Positions 21,135-29,847 of a stretch of 64,000 nucleotides of DNA are shown here, piece after piece (position 1 is the stretch's first letter; each line of letters begins with the position of its first letter). The DNA is taken from contig JBDKUO010000049.1 in NCBI GenBank assembly GCA_039679645.1, positions 431-64,430 of the forward strand. The letters run 5' to 3'. Both the position numbers and the translations under genes were made by a program. This stretch comes from Armatimonadota bacterium (GTDB lineage Bacteria; Armatimonadota; UBA5829). The notes beneath the pieces were generated by a model. That model did no database searches. It was not told where the DNA came from and saw nothing but the letters and a program-made list of their open reading frames with translations.

Positions 21135-23060
21135 CTACCCCTGCATTTTTATGTAATTGAGTCTTCCACCGGCCATTACCACGTCTATCTCTCTTTCAGA
21201 CAGGTCGTGCGTGAGCTTAATGGTTGTATTCTTTGTCTTGTCTACAAGCTCAAGTTCACCGGCTCCGGCTTTGAGAGCGTTTATATTTGCAATCTCAACA
21301 TCATCGAGTTGCTCGACAAGATCATAGTCTGCCGGATCAGCAAGTTTGAGAGGCAATATTCCAAAGTTGATCAGGTTCTGTCTGTGAATCCGGGCAAAAG
21401 ACTTTACTATCACAGCCTTTACACCTAGATACATTGGAGCCAAAGCCGCATGCTCGCGCGATGAACCTTGACCATAGTTTTCTCCACCTAAGATAAAGCC
21501 GCCACCATATTCTTTTGCGCGTTTGGTAAATTCCGGGTCAACCGCAGTGAAGACAAACTCGGACATGGCCGGTATATTCGATCTCAGCGGCAAAACTTTT
21601 GCGCCTGCGGGCATTATATGGTCTGTCGTGATATTGTCTCCCACTTTGAGGAGGACCTTGCCTGCCAGCGTGCCCGACAGGGCAGTATTCTGCGGGAGAG
21701 GCTTGATATTAGGCCCTCTGACTACCTCCACCTTTTCCGGCTCATTACACGGTGCGATGATCATCCTGTCGTCAACCAGATACTTTTCCGGGTAGTCGAA
21801 CTTAACTGGCACTCCGAGCTTCCTCGGGTCTGTAATCACGCCGTGTATCGCTGCCGCTACAGCAACTTCAGGCCCCGCCAGATATACATTTGCGCTCTTT
21901 GTTCCGCTTCTGCCCTCGAAGTTTCTGTTGAATGTCCTTATGGAGACAGCTTTTGTCTTGGGAGCCTGTCCCATTCCTATGCACGGCCCGCATGCCGACT
22001 CCAGTATGCGCGCCCCTGATGCTATCAAGTCAGCCAGCGCGCCGTTTCTCGCGATCATCTCGAAGACCTGCTTGGAGCCCGGCGATATAACCAGACTGAC
22101 TCCCGGATGTACACTTTTACCCTTCAACGCCCCAGCTACGACCACCAGGTCTCTCAGGGATGAATTTGTGCAGCTTCCAATCGCCACCTGATCAACTATA
22201 GTGCCCTCAACTTGTGCAACCTTGACCACTTTGTCCGGCATGTGCGGCATAGCGATCATCGGTTCAAGATTGTCTAGGTTTATCTCGATAACTCCATCAT
22301 ACTCGGCATCGGCGTCGGCCTTAAGTTCACGCCACTCATTCTCGCGGCCCTGAGCAGCCATATACTCGCGTGTGATGTCATCGCTGGGGAATATCGAGGT
22401 TGTGGCACCAAGCTCAGCGCCCATATTTGTTATCGTCGCCCGATCCGTTGCCGAAAGACTCGCGACGCCTATGCCGCCATACTCGATAATTTTGCCGACG
22501 CCGCCCTTGACGCTCAATATTCTGAGCACTTCCAGGATCACATCTTTTGCCGACACCCACGGCTGCAGCTTACCGGAAAGCTTAACAAGGCAAATCTCCG
22601 GCATCGGCAGGTAAAAAGGCTGTCCTGCCATAGCCGCAGCCACATCCAGCCCGCCCGCTCCTATTGCGAGCATACCGAGCCCGCCTGCGGTCGGCGTGTG
22701 GCTGTCCGAGCCGAGCAGCGTATCTCCCGGCACGTCAAACCTCTCAAGCTGTACCTGATGACAGATCCCATTGCCCGGCCTGGAGAAATATATCCCATGC
22801 TTTGCGGCTACACTCTGCAGATACGCATGGTCGTCAGCATTCTCAAAACCCGCCTGCAGCGTATTGTGATCGACATAACTCACAGAGCGCTTGGTCCGCA
22901 CTTTTTCAACACCCATAGCCTCGAACTGCAAATAGGCCATAGTTCCCGTAGCGTCCTGAGTAAGAGTATGATCTATTCGGATGGCGATTTCTTTGCCCGC
23001 CTCCATTTTGCCTTCGATCAGATGGTTCTTAATTATCTTCTTTGCTAAGCTTAGTCCCAT
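21135..23060 (-). CDS. Aconitase-family hydratase (~640 aa form); ORF frame opens at GTG 23075, ATG 23060 with SD gaagga preferred
   Basis: IGSCTNSS, SREHAALAP Fe-S/aconitase motifs, swivel domain C-terminus. Confidence 0.85.
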   Translation of the reverse strand: MGLSLAKKIIKNHLIEGKMEAGKEIAIRIDHTLTQDATGTMAYLQFEAMGVEKVRTKRSVSYVDHNTLQAGFENADDHAYLQSVAAKHGIYFSRPGNGICHQVQLERFDVPGDTLLGSDSHTPTAGGLGMLAIGAGGLDVAAAMAGQPFYLPMPEICLVKLSGKLQPWVSAKDVILEVLRILSVKGGVGKIIEYGGIGVASLSATDRATITNMGAELGATTSIFPSDDITREYMAAQGRENEWRELKADADAEYDGVIEINLDNLEPMIAMPHMPDKVVKVAQVEGTIVDQVAIGSCTNSSLRDLVVVAGALKGKSVHPGVSLVISPGSKQVFEMIARNGALADLIASGARILESACGPCIGMGQAPKTKAVSIRTFNRNFEGRSGTKSANVYLAGPEVAVAAAIHGVITDPRKLGVPVKFDYPEKYLVDDRMIIAPCNEPEKVEVVRGPNIKPLPQNTALSGTLAGKVLLKVGDNITTDHIMPAGAKVLPLRSNIPAMSEFVFTAVDPEFTKRAKEYGGGFILGGENYGQGSSREHAALAPMYLGVKAVIVKSFARIHRQNLINFGILPLKLADPADYDLVEQLDDVEIANINALKAGAGELELVDKTKNTTIKLTHDLSEREIDVVMAGGRLNYIKMQG

Positions 23061-23130
23061 ATCAGCATCCTTCACACAATTGTTGATTCAGCGGGTATTA
23101 TACCAAGTGCGCAAGCGCACGACAACCAAT

Positions 23131-23166
23131 TTAGTATTTGAGATTTTATATTTGATATTTTTCTCC
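23131..23166 (+). repeat. AT-rich element ttagtatttgagattttatatttgatattttt (family R1), copy 3, in divergent acn/E2 promoter region
   Basis: Shares AGTATTTGA...TATTTGATATTT with 5818-5846 and RC of 3046-3094. Confidence 0.4.
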
Positions 23167-23184
23167 GCGGGCATTCCTGCCCGC
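23167..23184. promoter_or_regulatory. Perfect inverted repeat GCGGGCA-ttcc-TGCCCGC; candidate operator in divergent promoter region
   Basis: 7-bp arms, 4-bp spacer, between aconitase and E2 starts. Confidence 0.3.
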
Positions 23185-23335
23185 ATGTCCCAGAGCTGCC
23201 ATTGCCTATTTTATGTATTTTTCACAGTTCAGAGTCGATCTATCAGAAGGAAAAGCGTTGTAAAGCAGCGTATTCTATAGGAAAGACAAACAAGCGGGAC
23301 TACCTCCGCTCGAATATAGAAAGGTTGTGAATGCT

Positions 23336-24673
23336 ATGGCCACGAAAATGGTGATGCCTCTCCTGGGACAGACAATGGAGGAGGGGACGATAATCAAGTG
23401 GTTTAAAAAAGAAGGCGATCAGATCAAAGCAGGCGAGCCGCTTCTGGAAGTAATGACCGACAAAGTCAACATGGAAGTGGAGTCGACCGAGGATGGAGTC
23501 CTTCGCAAAATCCTTGCTCAGCCGGATGATATAGTCCCTGTCAAAGAGACAATCGCAATCATCGGTTCAGCCGACGAGCCGATAGATGATCTCTTGGCCG
23601 AAAGCGCTCCCGCGAAAGAAGAAGCTGTACCGGCTCCGGCCGCTCCGACCCCGGTTCAGCAGGCTGCTGCTCAACCCGCACCTGCTCCCGCAGCCGAAGG
23701 TCCTGTATTTGCTTCACCGTCCGCAAAGCGTGCTGCAAAAGAGCATGGGATCGACATAGCTGCACTTGCCGGAAGAGGAACTGGTCCCGACGGCAGGATA
23801 GTTGAGCAGGACGTGCTTAACTTTGTCGCATTGGCTCCTAAGGCCACTCCACTGGCGGGCAGAATGGCGGCTGAGATGGGCGTTGACATCAGTTCCATCA
23901 CGGGCACCGGAATTAGAGGAAAGGTTACCAGCGAGGATCTCAAGCCAGCGCCGGTTGTTGTGCCTGCAGCGCCGCCTCTTTCGATAGGCGCAAGCATTCC
24001 GTTTACGGGTATGCGCAAGGCAGTGGCTCAAAATGTAGCGGCGAGTGCTCAGACCGCTCCTCACGTTACTTTAGTGGCTGAAGTAGATATGACCGAGTGC
24101 AAACGGCTTCGCGGCCAGATTATCGACGATATTGAAAAGAACTACGGCGTGCGGATCTCGTTTACGGATATAATTGCCAAGGCGACCGCCCGTGCAATTC
24201 TCGATAAGCCGATTGTAAACGCATCACTTAAGGGCGATCAGATAATCATCAACGACCGCATCAACATCGGCATTGCAACTGCAATAGAGACCGGTCTTGT
24301 TGTTCCGGTCGTCAAAGATGCTGTCAGTAAGACTCTGCCTCAGATTTCAAAAGAGATCAAAGGCCTTGTTGCCCGCGCAAGATCGGGTCAGGCCGGTGGA
24401 GACGATTTCAGAGGCGGCACGTTCACTATCACAAATCTCGGCGCATTCGGTGTTGAAAGCTTCAACCCGATCATCACTCCGGGCCAGAGCGCGATTCTGG
24501 GTGTGTGCGCAATCAAGGACAAGCCCGTAGTCGTTGAAGGCGAGATCAAGGTCCGATCTATGATGAATATCTGTCTTTCATTCGATCACCGGGTAATGGA
24601 CGGCGCGCCGGCTGCCGAGTTCCTGGCTCGCCTGAAGCAGACTCTTGAAGCTCCATATCTGATGTTCATGTAA
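23336..24673 (+). CDS. 2-oxoacid dehydrogenase E2 component (dihydrolipoamide acyltransferase), one lipoyl domain, two PSBD-like segments
   Basis: Lipoyl motif EVMTDKVNMEVE, PSBD ASPSAKRAAKEHGID / AGRMAAEMGVDI, catalytic DHRVMDGA; no E1/E3 adjacent. Confidence 0.9.
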   Translation: MATKMVMPLLGQTMEEGTIIKWFKKEGDQIKAGEPLLEVMTDKVNMEVESTEDGVLRKILAQPDDIVPVKETIAIIGSADEPIDDLLAESAPAKEEAVPAPAAPTPVQQAAAQPAPAPAAEGPVFASPSAKRAAKEHGIDIAALAGRGTGPDGRIVEQDVLNFVALAPKATPLAGRMAAEMGVDISSITGTGIRGKVTSEDLKPAPVVVPAAPPLSIGASIPFTGMRKAVAQNVAASAQTAPHVTLVAEVDMTECKRLRGQIIDDIEKNYGVRISFTDIIAKATARAILDKPIVNASLKGDQIIINDRINIGIATAIETGLVVPVVKDAVSKTLPQISKEIKGLVARARSGQAGGDDFRGGTFTITNLGAFGVESFNPIITPGQSAILGVCAIKDKPVVVEGEIKVRSMMNICLSFDHRVMDGAPAAEFLARLKQTLEAPYLMFM

Positions 24674-24722
24674 GAAACGTCTTTCGTGTTATGCTGACTG
24701 AGCGGTGATAGGTATGGGCTTT

Positions 24723-24753
24723 AGCTCTCCACTCTCCGCTCTAAGCTTTTTTT
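24723..24753 (+). repeat. CU-rich element agctctccactctccgctctaagc + T7 (family R3) in 5'UTR, 14 nt before SD of oxidoreductase gene
   Basis: Near-identical copy (gctctccactctccgctctcagc) on minus strand 31344-31367 in 5'UTR of hslU. Confidence 0.45.
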
Positions 24754-24766
24754 GAGGTGACGAATT

Positions 24767-25756
24767 ATGTTGAAAGTAGCGCTGGTCGGCGCTGGAAATA
24801 TGGCCCGCGTGCACGCCTGTGCATATGCTCAAATGGATGAAGCCGAGTTGGTCGCTGTCTGCGATATCAATCCCGATGCAGCGAGTAAGCTTGCCGAGAC
24901 ATATAATATACAGGCTTTCAGTGACTTTGCTGAGATGATATCCAAAGTCGATGTGGATGTGGTGGATGTATGCACACCCACATACGCTCACCTGGAATGC
25001 ATCAAAGCAGCGGCTGAAGCGGGCAAGAACGTGGCTTGTGAGAAGCCGCTTGCCAGAACGGTGAGTCAGGCGCAGGAGGCCGCCCGCATATGCGAGGAGG
25101 CAGGCGTGACGCTCTTCGTGGCGCATGTCCTGCGATGGTTCCCTGAGTATAGCAAACTCAAGAAGCTTATTGACGATGGAGCCATTGGGGATGTGGTCGA
25201 GATTCGCAATGTCAGGTCGGGCGCGCATCCGCGTGATCCCGAGAGCTGGTATTCGGACTACAAGAAGAGCGGTGGGGTCGTCCTTGACCTGATCATTCAC
25301 GATTTTGACTGGCTCAGGTGGTGTTTTGGCAAGGTCCGTCGCGTTTATGCCAGAGGTCTTGTTGATTCAAAGGTTCCGCTGACTGACTATGCGCTCGTTA
25401 CTATCCGGTTCGAGAGCGGTGTCATAGCCCACGTCGAAGGCGGCTGGGCGCGGCCGAGCGGGTTTATCACATCTGTCGAGGCGGCTGGGACAAAAGGACT
25501 GCTCAGCTATTCCAATTCAGACTCAGCGCCTCTCGTCATTGAACGCAAAGCCGCGGAGGGCGAGACCATGAGCATCGCAGTGCCCGAAAGCCCGACTCTT
25601 GAGAACCCATATTATCAGGAGCTTCGCCACTTTATCAACTGTCTGGAAAACGGCGAGAAGCCGGATGTCACACCGGACGACGGCATCGAGGCGGTAAAGA
25701 TTGCTGAAGCGGCCTTGAGATCGATAAGTTCAGGCCAGCCTGTAGTGCTGGCTTAA
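24767..25756 (+). CDS. Gfo/Idh/MocA family NAD(P)-dependent oxidoreductase
   Basis: N-terminal Rossmann VALVGAGNMARVHA, EKP motif CEKPLA. Confidence 0.85.
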   Translation: MLKVALVGAGNMARVHACAYAQMDEAELVAVCDINPDAASKLAETYNIQAFSDFAEMISKVDVDVVDVCTPTYAHLECIKAAAEAGKNVACEKPLARTVSQAQEAARICEEAGVTLFVAHVLRWFPEYSKLKKLIDDGAIGDVVEIRNVRSGAHPRDPESWYSDYKKSGGVVLDLIIHDFDWLRWCFGKVRRVYARGLVDSKVPLTDYALVTIRFESGVIAHVEGGWARPSGFITSVEAAGTKGLLSYSNSDSAPLVIERKAAEGETMSIAVPESPTLENPYYQELRHFINCLENGEKPDVTPDDGIEAVKIAEAALRSISSGQPVVLA

Positions 25757-25772
25757 CCATAGCGAGGGACAA

Positions 25773-26762
25773 ATGTCGAAAGTAAAGATCGGAATAATGA
25801 GTTTTGCCCACATGCATGCCTACGCCTATGCACAGGCGTTGGCTGCGTTGGATATAGTGGACTTTGTCGGCATTGCCGACGACGAGCACGCGCGAGCAAA
25901 ATCGGCCGCAAAGCAATTTGGCGTAAAGGCATTTAAGAACTATCAGGAGATGCTCGCTTCGGATATCGATGCTGTTGTTGTCTGCAGCGAAAATATGAAC
26001 CACCGCAAACATGTTGTCCTGGCCGCGCAGAGCGAAAAACACGTGCTATGCGAAAAGCCGCTCGCAGGCACACTGCAGGACGCCGAAGCGATAGTCGAAG
26101 TCGCCAAACGCAGCTCTATCAAGCTGATGACAGCGTTTCCTTGCCGCTTTCACCCGGCGTATACGCGACTAAAGAGCGCTGTAAGCTCAGGTGATCTGGG
26201 CAAGCTGCTTGCAATCAAGGCGACCAATCAGGGCAAGTGTCCGGGCGGATGGTTCACTGATTTGGCATTGTCGGGCGGCGGAGCTGTGATCGATCATACC
26301 GTGCATGTTCTCGACCTTGTTCGCGATATGACCGGAGCGGAGCCTGCGCGTGTTTATGCCGAGATAGACAATCGCATGCTGGGCAAGGATTTTGATGATA
26401 CCGGTGTGCTTTCTATCGATTTCACAAACGGCATGTTTGTGACTATAGACGCGAGTTGGTCGCGCCCGAAGAGCTTTCCGACGTGGGGGAATGTCAATAT
26501 GGACGTCACCGGCACAGGCGGCATGGCATCCATGCAGATGTTCGGTCAGAAGATCGATAGATATTCAGATGACGCAGGCAGCCATACCTATGAATACTGG
26601 GGAGATAATATCGACCTGGCAATGGTGGAGTCTTTTGCAAAGAGCATTCTTGAAAATACTGATGTCAAAGTAACCGGCGAAGACGGTGTAAAGGCTCTTC
26701 AGGTTGCGCTTGCCGCCTATGAGTCCGCGAAGACCGGTAAAGCTGTAGATTTACTTGAATAG
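25773..26762 (+). CDS. Gfo/Idh/MocA family oxidoreductase (tandem paralogue)
   Basis: IGIMSFAHMHAYAYA, CEKPLA. Confidence 0.85.
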   Translation: MSKVKIGIMSFAHMHAYAYAQALAALDIVDFVGIADDEHARAKSAAKQFGVKAFKNYQEMLASDIDAVVVCSENMNHRKHVVLAAQSEKHVLCEKPLAGTLQDAEAIVEVAKRSSIKLMTAFPCRFHPAYTRLKSAVSSGDLGKLLAIKATNQGKCPGGWFTDLALSGGGAVIDHTVHVLDLVRDMTGAEPARVYAEIDNRMLGKDFDDTGVLSIDFTNGMFVTIDASWSRPKSFPTWGNVNMDVTGTGGMASMQMFGQKIDRYSDDAGSHTYEYWGDNIDLAMVESFAKSILENTDVKVTGEDGVKALQVALAAYESAKTGKAVDLLE

Positions 26763-26776
26763 TTCTGGGAGTTATA

Positions 26777-26849
26777 ATCACGAAAGCACGAAAATTCGAA
26801 ATCACGAAATTTATTTTTCGTGTTTCTTCCCTTTCGTGTTTTCGTGATA
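26777..26849. repeat. ~70-bp imperfect palindromic 'cacgaaa' element (family R4), copy 1, between convergent genes; bidirectional terminator-like
   Basis: atcacgaaagcacgaaaattcgaaatcacgaaat/atttttcgtgtttcttccctttcgtgttttcgtgat; second copy 60207-60276. Confidence 0.55.
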
Positions 26850-26887
26850 AAAGACAGTCATCTTAAGTTATGCCCCGAAGCAGTATT

Positions 26888-27540
26888 TTAATCCTTGGCT
26901 ACTTCGCTAAACCACCTTACAAACCACTCGCACGCAGCCTCTTCCATATCTCTCTGAAATCGCGGCGCTTCGTCAAACAGATGCCCTGCGCCCTGGATTA
27001 TATAAAGCTCTTTAACGCATCGCAGCGCGTCATATATTTCGTGTGCCTCGGGCAGGACTATCGAGTCAGCGCTACCCTGGATAATCAGCGTTGGGGACTG
27101 CACCATCTGCGCAAAACCCAAAATGTCGTAGTTTCTGGGGACCCTCAGGACCATCACCTGTATGCGCTGGTCTTCGGCTGCAGCGCGTATGGCGACAGTG
27201 CCTCCGGTACTTGATCCATGTATTCCCATAAAACGCGTTTGAACGAATGTCTGTGACCCCAGGTAATCGAGCGCGCTTATCAGATCGTCATATTGCTGAT
27301 CCTGTGTGGACTGTTCGGGGATGCCATCACTGTCACCATGGCCGGTAAAATCAAAGAGGAATGAGCCTATACCTGCGTCAAGAAGGTGCTCGGCGATGCC
27401 GCGGTTTCTGGGGCTGGACTTGCTGCTGCCCGTGCCATGAGCGAACACGACCATATCCTTCAGCTTCTCATCGGGCGCAAGGAGCGCTCCCGAAAGCTTC
27501 AGACCCCTGGACGTCTTGAATGTGACTGTCTCCTCGATCA
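26888..27540 (-). CDS. Alpha/beta-fold hydrolase (dienelactone hydrolase-like); ATG 27540 with SD ggaggg chosen over ORF opening 27646
   Basis: HG-box VVFAHGTGS, nucleophile elbow GIHGSSTGG, C-terminal GAGHLFDE. Confidence 0.75.
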
Positions 27541-27665
27541 TATTGCATCCCTCCGTCCAACTTGTGAATGATACCACATTAAGCTGTCGAGGTAAACACC
27601 GGTTGCATATGCGCCCGGGCTTCTGATACAATCTGAGTGCGGCCATATGGTCGCGGAGGTCGTAT

Positions 27666-28379
27666 ATGAAAGAACAACTACGCGCGCTCTATGATCTTCA
27701 AGCGATAGACGTGAAGATTGCTCACGCGAATGCGCAGATAACCGCACTCACAGGCTCAAAAGAGCTTCGCGCTAAATATTCCGCAGCAAAATCCGCACTT
27801 GATAAAGCAGAAAAGACGCTTGCAGCCTATGAGTCCGAAGTCCGCGACTGTGAACTTCAGCTCAAATCCATTGATGAGAAGCGCGGCAGTATGGAAAAAC
27901 GGTTGTACTCCGGCTCTATAACAAATCCAAAAGAACTATCCGCCACTGAAAACGAGATTAAGACGCTAAAAGCAAAGCAGGGTGAACTGGACGTCCGCAC
28001 ACTTGAGCTATATGATCTGGTGGAAGCAGCGAAGGCGAAGGTCGAGTCTGTGCGCGAGATTACTCAGACTGTCGAGGCCAAGGCGCGTAAGGTAATAAAG
28101 CATGAGACCAATGAGAAAGCCCGTCTTGAGGCTGAAATAGTCGAGATGACCGCACTTCGTGAATCCACCGCAGTCGGTTTTACTGAAAAGCCTCTGCTTT
28201 CTAAGTATGAGTCGATCAGGAAGCACACCGGCGGTACCGGCATAGTGAAAGTTGTCGAAGGCAAGTGTGGAGGCTGCCATGTAGCCATAACCTCCTTTAC
28301 CATAGGCTGCCTGATCAAAGACAATGCGGTCGAGACGTGTGAGAACTGCGGGCGAATCCTGCTGATGGATGTAGAATGA
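27666..28379 (+). CDS. COG1579-type coiled-coil C4 zinc-ribbon protein
   Basis: Long coiled-coil then CGGCHVAI...CENCGRIL; ATGA overlap with downstream rnhA. Confidence 0.7.
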   Translation: MKEQLRALYDLQAIDVKIAHANAQITALTGSKELRAKYSAAKSALDKAEKTLAAYESEVRDCELQLKSIDEKRGSMEKRLYSGSITNPKELSATENEIKTLKAKQGELDVRTLELYDLVEAAKAKVESVREITQTVEAKARKVIKHETNEKARLEAEIVEMTALRESTAVGFTEKPLLSKYESIRKHTGGTGIVKVVEGKCGGCHVAITSFTIGCLIKDNAVETCENCGRILLMDVE

Positions 28380-28840
28380 GCAAGGTTATTATATATACTG
28401 ACGGCGCATCCAAAGGCAACCCCGGTGATGCCGGAATTGGTGTTGTGATATCATCACCCGACGGCACGGTCCTGCGCGAGATCGGCGAATATATAGGCCA
28501 AACCACCAACAATGTCGCCGAGTATCAGGCTCTGATACGTGGTCTCAGAGAGGCGGCTGATATAGGCGCAACGCAGATAGAGATCAGCACGGACAGCCAG
28601 CTTATGGCGCGGCAGCTCGCAGGCGCCTACAAGGTCAAGTCTCCAAACCTCCAACCTCTTTATGCCGAGGCAGTAAATTTGATCCGACATTTCGCAGGCG
28701 TAAGCATCTCTCATGTGGTTAGAGAGTTCAACAAGCGTGCGGACGAACTCGCAAACCTGGGTGTAAAGAAGCGAACTGAGACTTGCAAGAAACCAACCCG
28801 CGCCAAATCAGAACCTAAGCAGCGCGAACTGGAATTATAG
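28376..28840 (+). CDS. rnhA: Ribonuclease HI
   Basis: YTDGASKGNPG, NNVAEYQALI, D-E-D-D catalytic pattern. Confidence 0.85.
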   Translation: MSKVIIYTDGASKGNPGDAGIGVVISSPDGTVLREIGEYIGQTTNNVAEYQALIRGLREAADIGATQIEISTDSQLMARQLAGAYKVKSPNLQPLYAEAVNLIRHFAGVSISHVVREFNKRADELANLGVKKRTETCKKPTRAKSEPKQRELEL

Positions 28841-28907
28841 GCAGAAAAACTGATTACAACCTGTCATTCCGAATGCAATTAGGAACCAGCTTTTGAAACG
28901 AGAGATC

Positions 28908-28979
28908 GCGCGCGATATCTGATCGCGTGCGAAACAGAACAGTTTATCGCGTAAACCAAACCTCGCTGCCGAAGCCGCC
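28908..28979 (+). repeat. Direct repeat block (D core gcgcgcgatatctgatcgcgtgcgaaacagaacagt, then E core aaacctcgctgccgaagccgcc) upstream of HepT/MNT cassette
   Basis: Same D and E cores recur downstream of cassette at 29701-29790 but in E-then-D order; D 16-mer also at 18889-18904. Confidence 0.5.
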
Positions 28980-29025
28980 ATGCACACAGTTTAGCAGCAG
29001 ACCGCCAAAACCAACATGTGGTAAA

Positions 29026-29042
29026 ATAAGCATAATGCTTAT
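29026..29042. promoter_or_regulatory. 8-bp-arm palindrome ataagcat-a-atgcttat, putative TA operator just upstream of mnt SD
   Basis: Seen in sequence 18 nt upstream of ATG 29060. Confidence 0.4.
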
Positions 29043-29059
29043 CAAGCATGGAGGCCACC

Positions 29060-29350
29060 ATGACTCTACGTGAGACAATAAACCAAAAACGCCAGGATAT
29101 CCTCAACACAGCAGCCATGTATGGCGCGTATAATGTCAGGCTCTTCGGCTCGGCTGCCAGGGGCGAGGATGATGCTTCTAGCGATATCGACTTCCTTGTC
29201 GATATCGAGAGCGGGCGCACACTGCTGGATCATGCCGCGCTGGTTGTTGCCCTGGAGGATCTGTTGGGTCGAAAAGTGGACGTTGCTACCGAGAGAAACC
29301 TGAAAGACAGGATCAAGCCTCGTGTGATTCAAGAGGCCATACTACTTTGA
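29060..29350 (+). CDS. mnt: Minimal nucleotidyltransferase (MNT) antitoxin of HepT/MNT pair
   Basis: RLFGSAARGEDDASSDIDFLVD (GS...DxD) motif; SD ggagg 5 nt upstream of ATG 29060 (ORF frame opens at 29048). Confidence 0.8.
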   Translation: MTLRETINQKRQDILNTAAMYGAYNVRLFGSAARGEDDASSDIDFLVDIESGRTLLDHAALVVALEDLLGRKVDVATERNLKDRIKPRVIQEAILL

Positions 29351-29679
29351 GAGACGACAGCGAAAGACTACACGATATGCTCGACGCAATCGAGCAGATA
29401 GAAAAGTATGCCGTGAAAGGGCGCGAGGCGTTTGAGCGCGACGAGCTTATTCAGTCTTGGATTGTGCGTCATATTCAGATTATTGGTGAAGCTGCTGCAG
29501 GGGTCGTTGAACATACACAGCAGATGCATCCCGAAATTCCCTGGCGGCAGATCGTAGCAATGCGCAATATTCTGGTGCATGCATACTTCCGTATAGATAT
29601 TGATGAAGTATGGGGCGTAGTCGAGCGCGATATTCCCACGCTGAAGAAGCTTATCAAAGCCGCTCTTGCTGCCATGTGA
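29347..29679 (+). CDS. hepT: HepT (DUF86, HEPN) toxin
   Basis: Rx4HxY motif RNILVHAY; overlaps mnt stop (ATGA). Confidence 0.8.
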   Translation: MRDDSERLHDMLDAIEQIEKYAVKGREAFERDELIQSWIVRHIQIIGEAAAGVVEHTQQMHPEIPWRQIVAMRNILVHAYFRIDIDEVWGVVERDIPTLKKLIKAALAAM

Positions 29680-29700
29680 TTTTACATCTTGAGTCATGTC

Positions 29701-29790
29701 TATCGCGCAAATCAAACCTCGCTGCCGAAACCGCCGGGCATACGCTAATGTTTGCGCGCGATATCTGATCACGTGCGAAACAGAACAGTA
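29701..29790 (+). repeat. Direct repeat block (E core then D core) downstream of HepT/MNT cassette
   Basis: aaacctcgctgccgaaaccgcc ... gcgcgcgatatctgatcacgtgcgaaacagaacagt. Confidence 0.5.
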
Positions 29791-29847
29791 TTTTGAAAAT
29801 CCTGCAATTCCATTTCGGGCGTCATCTGAAATAACGCCCGATCGGTT

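Noticed and set aside
26777-26849. CRISPR-like appearance of reiterated cacgaaa units
   Set aside because: The units are 7-8 bp, irregular and arranged as a palindrome with no spacer-repeat periodicity, and there are no cas genes. I interpret it as a REP/terminator element.
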